Virus record (IMG/VR): IMGVR_UViG_3300032086_003216
Coordinates: 1-52,940 of that record
Length of the DNA stretch: 52,940 nucleotides
Strand: one strand, 5' to 3'
Source: a virus
Lineage: Duplodnaviria > Caudoviricetes
The notes beneath the pieces were generated by a model, which saw only the letters and a program-made list of their open reading frames with translations, did not search any database and was not told the origin of the DNA. The stretch's first letter is position 1. The number at the start of each line of letters is the position of its first letter. Positions 47,641-52,940 of this stretch are shown here, piece by piece. The translations under genes and the position numbers were made by a program.

Positions 47641-48330
47641 TTAGTTTATTTCTCCTCGATCCCACTTTGACTTAAAGTTAGCGTATTTTTCTCGCATCTT
47701 CTTAAGGCAGCTAACAATCTGCTTCGTGTTCAAGCCAGTTATTTCTCTCATATAGAGATAGATTGCTTTTTTGTTGAATATTTCTATTTGCTCAATGTTT
47801 GACATTAGCAAGATAACAGCATCCAAAACCTTTTGTTCATTCTCTTTCAAATTAAGGTTTTGCCATCCGTTAATTTCTCTCATAAGAAAAAACCAATATT
47901 CTCTTTCTTCTTGCTCCTCTTCGAGAGTTTTCTTACCTTCTGATTTTATAACCTCTACCTCTCTAATGATTGAATTATATTCAACCTCTCGTCTTCCTCT
48001 AGTAGCTTGTTTTTTTGCTTTATGAGTAAACCAATTTTTTGTTACCACTGAAAAATACGAAAAAGCTTTTGTTCCCTTGTCGGGATTAAATTTGCCTAGA
48101 ATAGTAGTAAGCCATATTTTACAATCATCTTTCAAAACATCTATATTTTGTAAGGATGTAAATTTATAAGTGTAAACAATTTTATCTACAAGTTCGTCAA
48201 AAGCTGGTTGTATGTGCTCGACATACAAATCTGTCCTAATTGTTATATCGTCAGTTGAACAGTAATCTACTATTGCTTGTTCCGTAACCTCCGTAAAGTA
48301 ATATTTTTTTGTTTTTGTTTTAGCAGCCAA
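47641..48330 (-). CDS. Phage sigma-factor-like protein (sigma70 region 2, gp55-like)
   Basis: YFTEVTEQAI..., KFNPDKGTKAFSYFSVVTKNW region-2-like motif and a C-terminal HTH-like YMREITGLNTKQI. Probable TTG start at 48330. Confidence 0.7.
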   Translation of the reverse strand: MAAKTKTKKYYFTEVTEQAIVDYCSTDDITIRTDLYVEHIQPAFDELVDKIVYTYKFTSLQNIDVLKDDCKIWLTTILGKFNPDKGTKAFSYFSVVTKNWFTHKAKKQATRGRREVEYNSIIREVEVIKSEGKKTLEEEQEEREYWFFLMREINGWQNLNLKENEQKVLDAVILLMSNIEQIEIFNKKAIYLYMREITGLNTKQIVSCLKKMREKYANFKSKWDRGEIN

Positions 48331-48331
48331 G

Positions 48332-48628
48332 CTATTCCCCCGAATCCATTTCTTCAAAGGGAAATTCTTCTACAAAGGCTTCAATATCAGTTGAAAAATC
48401 TTTTGTGTGTCGCAACAACTCACTCAGAGTTGTGTCTCCGTAGAACATGTCAAGTTCATATACCGCTTCTAAATGATTTCTATAATCTCTAGCCATATAA
48501 TTCATTTGTTTAAAATTTTCATAATAAACTTTCATTTCCCTAATAAGTTGTACAACATACCAAACAGCGGCGATATTAATAATAAGGCTGACAAAAAGCA
48601 AAAGGTACATCATAATTGTTGAAATCAT
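48332..48628 (-). CDS. Small membrane protein with an N-terminal TM helix and a coiled coil
   Basis: YLLLFVSLIINIAAVWYVVQL hydrophobic segment. Confidence 0.65.
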   Translation of the reverse strand: MISTIMMYLLLFVSLIINIAAVWYVVQLIREMKVYYENFKQMNYMARDYRNHLEAVYELDMFYGDTTLSELLRHTKDFSTDIEAFVEEFPFEEMDSGE

Positions 48629-48876
48629 TTTTTTGTCCTTTGTTTTAGTCGCTTCTTCTCTTTTGAAACGTCTTCTTTCATTTCTTCAATGGTCTTTTTC
48701 ACAATGGAGCCAGCCGTAGCTTCTTTATTCACATTTGAATTTATTCTTGGTATTCCCATTATTTTTTGTAGTGAATCCGTTTGACACTCTGGACATTCTG
48801 TCAGAGTATCTTTCGCAGAATGACGGGCTTCAAAAGTAAACTCGCACTGAAGACACTGGTAGTCGTACCTACCCAA
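48625..48876 (-). CDS. FmdB-family zinc-ribbon protein
   Basis: YDYQCLQCEFTFE....CPEC. Confidence 0.8.
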   Translation of the reverse strand: MGRYDYQCLQCEFTFEARHSAKDTLTECPECQTDSLQKIMGIPRINSNVNKEATAGSIVKKTIEEMKEDVSKEKKRLKQRTKK

Positions 48877-48877
48877 T

Positions 48878-49066
48878 TTACTCTACCTCAAATTTATTCT
48901 CTGTTGTGACCTCAGCCTTCACCGAGGGAGGGTTGATAACATTTATTTCATTGTCAACAACTTCAAGGTCCCACTCGGCTAGCAATTCTGTAATATCAGA
49001 TTGTTCTGAAAGGCACTTCTGCAAGGTCATAAGCAAAGCGCCTATTGCTTGGTTTGATAGTTTCAT
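48878..49066 (-). CDS. Hypothetical protein
   Basis: 62-aa ORF with an AAGGAG SD and 1-nt gaps to both neighbours. Confidence 0.65.
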   Translation of the reverse strand: MKLSNQAIGALLMTLQKCLSEQSDITELLAEWDLEVVDNEINVINPPSVKAEVTTENKFEVE

Positions 49067-49067
49067 T

Positions 49068-50072
49068 TTATTCTCCTTTATATTCAGTTTCTAGTATTTT
49101 TTTATAGTCAGCCTCATACATGAGTCTAGCTAATTCTTTGAATTTAGTATTTGGCTCCCACCCCAGTTTTTCTTTTGCTTTTGTAGGGTCTCCCAAGAGA
49201 ACTGGGACCTCATGGGGTCTAAATAATCTTTCATCTATTTCAACATGTTTATCAACATCAAGACCTGCATGTTCAAACACCTCATGCAAAAACTCTTTTA
49301 CTGTATGAGTTTCGCCAGTTGCAATGACATAATCATCCGCTTCATCCTGTTGCAGCATCAGCCACATGAGTTTTACATAATCACCAGCGTATCCCCAGTC
49401 TCTTTTAGCATCAAGGTTTCCAAGATAGAGAGTATCTTGAAGTCCTAATTTGATTCTAGCAGCAGCTAAAGTTATCTTTCTGGTCACGAAAGTTTCTCCT
49501 CGGCGAGGCGATTCGTGGTTAAACAAGATTCCACTAGAAATATGCATACCATAAGATTCTCTGAAGTTTCTACAGAGATTATGGGCAAAAACTTTAGCGC
49601 AAGCATAAGGCGAAGCTGGCATTAGTGCTGTTGTTTCAGATTGAGGGACTGATGGATTATCTCCAAACATCTCTGATGACGAAGCTTGGTATATCTTCGC
49701 TTTAGGTACGATTGTTCTCGCAGCGTTCATCAACCTAAGAGTTCCCATGGCAATACCCTCAACAGTATTCTCTGGGATGTCAAAAGAAACTCTAACGTGT
49801 GACTGCGCAGCTAGGTTGTATATTTCGTCTGGTTTGTGTTTTATTAGCAAATTCCAAATGGAACTAGCATCATTTAGATCATAATATTCTAAGATCAAAT
49901 CAGGATTATCAAAATATTCATCTATACGATCAGTCGTAATAATAGATGTTCTTCTCTTCAATCCAATTACTTTATATCCTTTTTGTAAAAGGAGTTCTGC
50001 TAAATAAGAACCATCTTGACCAGTTATCCCTGTTATTAGCGCTACCTTTTTATTGTTTGTTGTACCAGTCAT
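49068..50072 (-). CDS. gmd: GDP-mannose 4,6-dehydratase
   Basis: [64 protein letters not shown] and [11 protein letters not shown]. Probable start ATG 50072. Confidence 0.95.
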   Translation of the reverse strand: MTGTTNNKKVALITGITGQDGSYLAELLLQKGYKVIGLKRRTSIITTDRIDEYFDNPDLILEYYDLNDASSIWNLLIKHKPDEIYNLAAQSHVRVSFDIPENTVEGIAMGTLRLMNAARTIVPKAKIYQASSSEMFGDNPSVPQSETTALMPASPYACAKVFAHNLCRNFRESYGMHISSGILFNHESPRRGETFVTRKITLAAARIKLGLQDTLYLGNLDAKRDWGYAGDYVKLMWLMLQQDEADDYVIATGETHTVKEFLHEVFEHAGLDVDKHVEIDERLFRPHEVPVLLGDPTKAKEKLGWEPNTKFKELARLMYEADYKKILETEYKGE

Positions 50073-50946
50073 ATGTCTCTTTAAACCCTTTTGCAAATGT
50101 GGTGAACGAAAAATCACCTATCGTCAATAGAAGACTTTCATTTGAACCATCTTTTCTAAATTGACCATCAAGCTCGTTATTGTATTCTACCCCAATATTT
50201 TTATTTGTTATACTTTTTGCAATAAACACCATATCGTTTATTGATAAGTTTTCTTCTGGCGCTACCATAATTGGCTCACCAGAGTTGTGCTTCTCTAAAA
50301 GCATTGGAATTATTTTCACTAAATCTTCGACATATAATTGTTGTCGCAGTGGTTTACCAGTTCCCCAAAACTCAATTACGTCACCATCTTTAGCTTCCGA
50401 AATTTTTCTTACCAAAGCAGCAACAAAGTGAGACTTGTCTCGATCGAAACAATCTCCTGGTCCATAAAGATTAGAGGGGCAAAAAGTAGAATAGTTTAGT
50501 CCATATTGTTTTCGGTATGACAGCGTTTGAACCTGCAACATTCTTTTTGCATATCCATAAGAAAAATTAGTATCTGCTGGTGGTCCTAGAAACAGATCAC
50601 TTTCTTTCATTGGATAGTTAATAACACTATCTGGGAAGGCACAAGTACTCAAGCAGGATAAGACTCTTCCTACATTCTTAATCCTGGCGGCTTCCAACAA
50701 GTTTGTGTTCATGCACACATTCTTATAAAAGAACTCACCTTGTTTTTTAGAATTTTCTTTTATTCCTCCAACAATACCTGCTAAATGAATTATAGACGAT
50801 GGATTATGTCTTTCCAACACACTAAAAATTTCTTCCATAGAAAGAAGATTACAATCCTTCGAGGACAAATATACCCAATCAGGATTAGCTCTCTGTAATG
50901 CTTTTCCTACAAAGCCTGTGCCGCCTGTGACAAGTGTGGTCCCCAC
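50050..50946 (-). CDS. fcl: GDP-L-fucose synthase-like epimerase/reductase
   Basis: [40 protein letters not shown] and WGTGKPLRQ; adjacent to gmd. Confidence 0.85.
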   Translation of the reverse strand: MGTTLVTGGTGFVGKALQRANPDWVYLSSKDCNLLSMEEIFSVLERHNPSSIIHLAGIVGGIKENSKKQGEFFYKNVCMNTNLLEAARIKNVGRVLSCLSTCAFPDSVINYPMKESDLFLGPPADTNFSYGYAKRMLQVQTLSYRKQYGLNYSTFCPSNLYGPGDCFDRDKSHFVAALVRKISEAKDGDVIEFWGTGKPLRQQLYVEDLVKIIPMLLEKHNSGEPIMVAPEENLSINDMVFIAKSITNKNIGVEYNNELDGQFRKDGSNESLLLTIGDFSFTTFAKGFKETYDWYNKQ

Positions 50947-51318
50947 TTAGTCACCTTTTAGCACTCGATAGCTATCGCTATCAAAATGTTGTGTAGAAAA
51001 CTCAAATAACTCTGAATCTTCTAGCGCTATCATTTGATGTCTGAGTCGTCGAGGTACCCAAAAATTTTCCCCTGGATTTAATACAAACTCATCAGCATCA
51101 TCAATATCATCAGTCCTGCTATACTTTACAATCATCTTACCTGATTGAAGATAAAAAACTTCATCCTTCAACTTGTGGTAGTGCCAAGAACATCTTTTAT
51201 CTTTATTGAAAAATAATAGCTTTCCACAATATTCTTCTTTATTTACAATCCATCTTTCCCAGCCCCATCCTTTATCGACGTGTTTCATGGGTAAAGAATT
51301 TGGATTTATATTTACCAT
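50947..51318 (-). CDS. Cupin protein (mannose-6-phosphate isomerase-like)
   Basis: KGWGWE, SWHYHKLKDEVFYLQSG and P..RHQM cupin motifs. Confidence 0.8.
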   Translation of the reverse strand: MVNINPNSLPMKHVDKGWGWERWIVNKEEYCGKLLFFNKDKRCSWHYHKLKDEVFYLQSGKMIVKYSRTDDIDDADEFVLNPGENFWVPRRLRHQMIALEDSELFEFSTQHFDSDSYRVLKGD

Positions 51319-52139
51319 ACAGTCTTGCCTCCATCAATAACCATATTTTCGCCAGTCATGTATGAGCTTGCTTCGGAACACAAAAATGCTATTGCACCTT
51401 TATATTCATCAATATGAGCCATTCTTCCCATAGGAATAATATTAGATAGTTTCTTTACAAACTCTTCTGGATGATTATTAAATACTCCTGTTGGGCTAAG
51501 GCAATTAACTCGAATGTTCTTCTCTGCAAAATAAACGGCTAAATATTTTGTCATCCCAATAATAGCCCACTTAGCAGCAGAGTACGTAATTGGTTTTACG
51601 TTTTGCATATCTTCAGCAACACCAGGCTTTCTATAAATTCTTTGATCAGGTGCAATCACACCAAGATCAGAAGAGATATTTAGAATCACACCACCTGTGC
51701 CGTTATCTAACATTTTGTTGGCAGCTACCTGAGAGCAAATGAAAGTTCCGTTAATGGCAGCATCAATACCCTCATTCCAGTATTCTTCCGACATGGTTTC
51801 AAATCTAGAATCTGGCTTTAGTCCGCCGTCTTTTTTAACTTTGGGATCCTTAGCTGCATTATTGACAAGAATGTCGATACACTCATATCTAGAAAAAACA
51901 TCTTCGACCCATTTTTTATTTGTGACATCCATGTAGTGAGAAGAAGCAACCAGTTTGCCATATTTATCATTCAACATCTCGGCTTTTTCCACAGCACGAT
52001 CTTCATGGTGATCTGTCAAAATAACATAAGCACCACACTCGATAAGAGCCTCGGCATGTTTTGGCCCAAGCAATCCTCCTGCCCCAGTTATTAGAGCAGT
52101 CTTGCCAGTGAGATTAAATAGATCAGGAGTGTGATGCAT
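51312..52139 (-). CDS. SDR-family oxidoreductase (nucleotide-sugar pathway)
   Basis: TGAGGLLG, DILVNNAA, NISS, YSAAK, IRVNCLSP and IDGG. Probable start ATG 52139. Confidence 0.9.
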   Translation of the reverse strand: MHHTPDLFNLTGKTALITGAGGLLGPKHAEALIECGAYVILTDHHEDRAVEKAEMLNDKYGKLVASSHYMDVTNKKWVEDVFSRYECIDILVNNAAKDPKVKKDGGLKPDSRFETMSEEYWNEGIDAAINGTFICSQVAANKMLDNGTGGVILNISSDLGVIAPDQRIYRKPGVAEDMQNVKPITYSAAKWAIIGMTKYLAVYFAEKNIRVNCLSPTGVFNNHPEEFVKKLSNIIPMGRMAHIDEYKGAIAFLCSEASSYMTGENMVIDGGKTVW

Positions 52140-52896
52140 TATACAGCCTTTCAAAAATGTTTTTATGTTGCTTCATTGTTCTTATTTCAGAACCAGTTTT
52201 ACCTCTAGCAGTTTGTATTGTGTACAACTCATCATATCCCATAGAAGACAATGTGTTAAAAATCAAATCGAAATCAGTATCGCCACTTAGTGGAGGGACA
52301 GTTTCAGCACTATAAGTTCTGTCCTTGAGATGAACATTGTTTATTTTATGAAAAGTTTTTTCGATGTAATCCTTATGATCAATACCTTCTGAAGTTATGT
52401 TTCCAGTATCATAAGTGATGAAAAAGTTATCTCTTAAAGAAACGAGTCTAAGAACATTCTCTGCTGATGTTTCAGCTTCAAAAGAAAAGTTAAGTCCTGG
52501 GTACTTGTCTGAATACTCCAATATCAAAGCAATGAATTGATTCCGAATATTCTCATCAGATATTGAACTATCTTCTAGAAGAGGAATTGTAACAAATGGG
52601 ATTCTGTTTTTTATTGCTGCTCGGCAAATTGGATCTAAATTGTGAAACAAGAAATCACGATCAATAAATCTTTTGTTTACAAGATTATCCGCACAAATAG
52701 AACTTATATTATAATCTTTACAATCCTCTGTGAAGATAGGATTCGTTTCAAAAGATCTCTCGGTAACAATCCATTCAATGTGCCCAAACCCAAGAGTCTT
52801 GGCTTTAATAAATTCTTCAACCCAGCAAGTTGGAAACTCTTGAATCCATCCGTCCTCTGGTCTTAGTAATCTTCCTTGAATTAAGCCTAATTTCAT
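52123..52896 (-). CDS. Sugar-phosphate isomerase/epimerase (xylose isomerase-like TIM barrel)
   Basis: LGLIQGRL, HIEW, SFE, YDTGN and VHLKD. Confidence 0.85.
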   Translation of the reverse strand: MKLGLIQGRLLRPEDGWIQEFPTCWVEEFIKAKTLGFGHIEWIVTERSFETNPIFTEDCKDYNISSICADNLVNKRFIDRDFLFHNLDPICRAAIKNRIPFVTIPLLEDSSISDENIRNQFIALILEYSDKYPGLNFSFEAETSAENVLRLVSLRDNFFITYDTGNITSEGIDHKDYIEKTFHKINNVHLKDRTYSAETVPPLSGDTDFDLIFNTLSSMGYDELYTIQTARGKTGSEIRTMKQHKNIFERLYNASHS

Positions 52897-52940
52897 TTCT
52901 TTTTAAACTCATATGGTGATGCTCCGCCGTCTGATCCAGA
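52893..52940 (-). CDS. 3' end of an upstream gene, truncated by the window edge
   Basis: Open frame ...SGSDGGASPYEFKKK-stop with an ATGA overlap onto the next gene. Confidence 0.4.
   Translation of the reverse strand, partial: SGSDGGASPYEFKKK

Noticed and set aside
4-52866. The many other plus-strand and nested short ORFs in the track
   Set aside because: They overlap well-supported minus-strand genes and read as antisense or off-frame translations.
1-52940. Stop-codon reassignment
   Set aside because: Standard-code ORFs tile the window densely, reach 3672 aa, and end in TAA, TGA and TAG at tight junctions.
1-52940. tRNA, rRNA, introns/inteins, reverse transcriptase or DGR
   Set aside because: Intergenic gaps are too short for structured RNA genes, and I recognised no such motifs by eye; a covariance-model scan was not possible.

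Overview
This window looks like part of a large tailed (myovirus-like, probably jumbo) bacteriophage genome. Every credible gene is on the minus strand and most are tightly packed or translationally coupled. In transcription order (right to left) it holds: a nucleotide-sugar cluster (epimerase, SDR, cupin, GDP-fucose synthase-like, Gmd); a zinc-ribbon/membrane/sigma-factor-like group; a ~35 kb baseplate/tail module (M15 peptidase lysin, HxH spike, gp25-like, gp6-like, a 3672-aa LamG-containing protein, several large orphans); RuvC-like resolvase, HAD nucleotidase and primase; and the start of an SbcD/gp47-like nuclease at the left edge. The most striking element is at 112-11760: 17 small genes with unrelated bodies (ART-like, GNAT, zincin, RelE/BrnT-like, HiPIP-like, KOW, basic Cys modules) that begin with one of two conserved leaders (MKITKxQLRxIIxEE or MKKLLTEWRKYLxE), mostly ending in an [LIV]-x-E site like a T4 prohead-protease site. 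I interpret this, as inference, as a modular array of capsid-targeted cargo proteins. Also found: an unannotated 34-aa, 10-Cys peptide next to a phage site-2 protease, a recurring CTATTTA-type upstream motif, and strong [S/T]-G-S enrichment in some tail proteins. All calls come from motif reading; no database searches were run.
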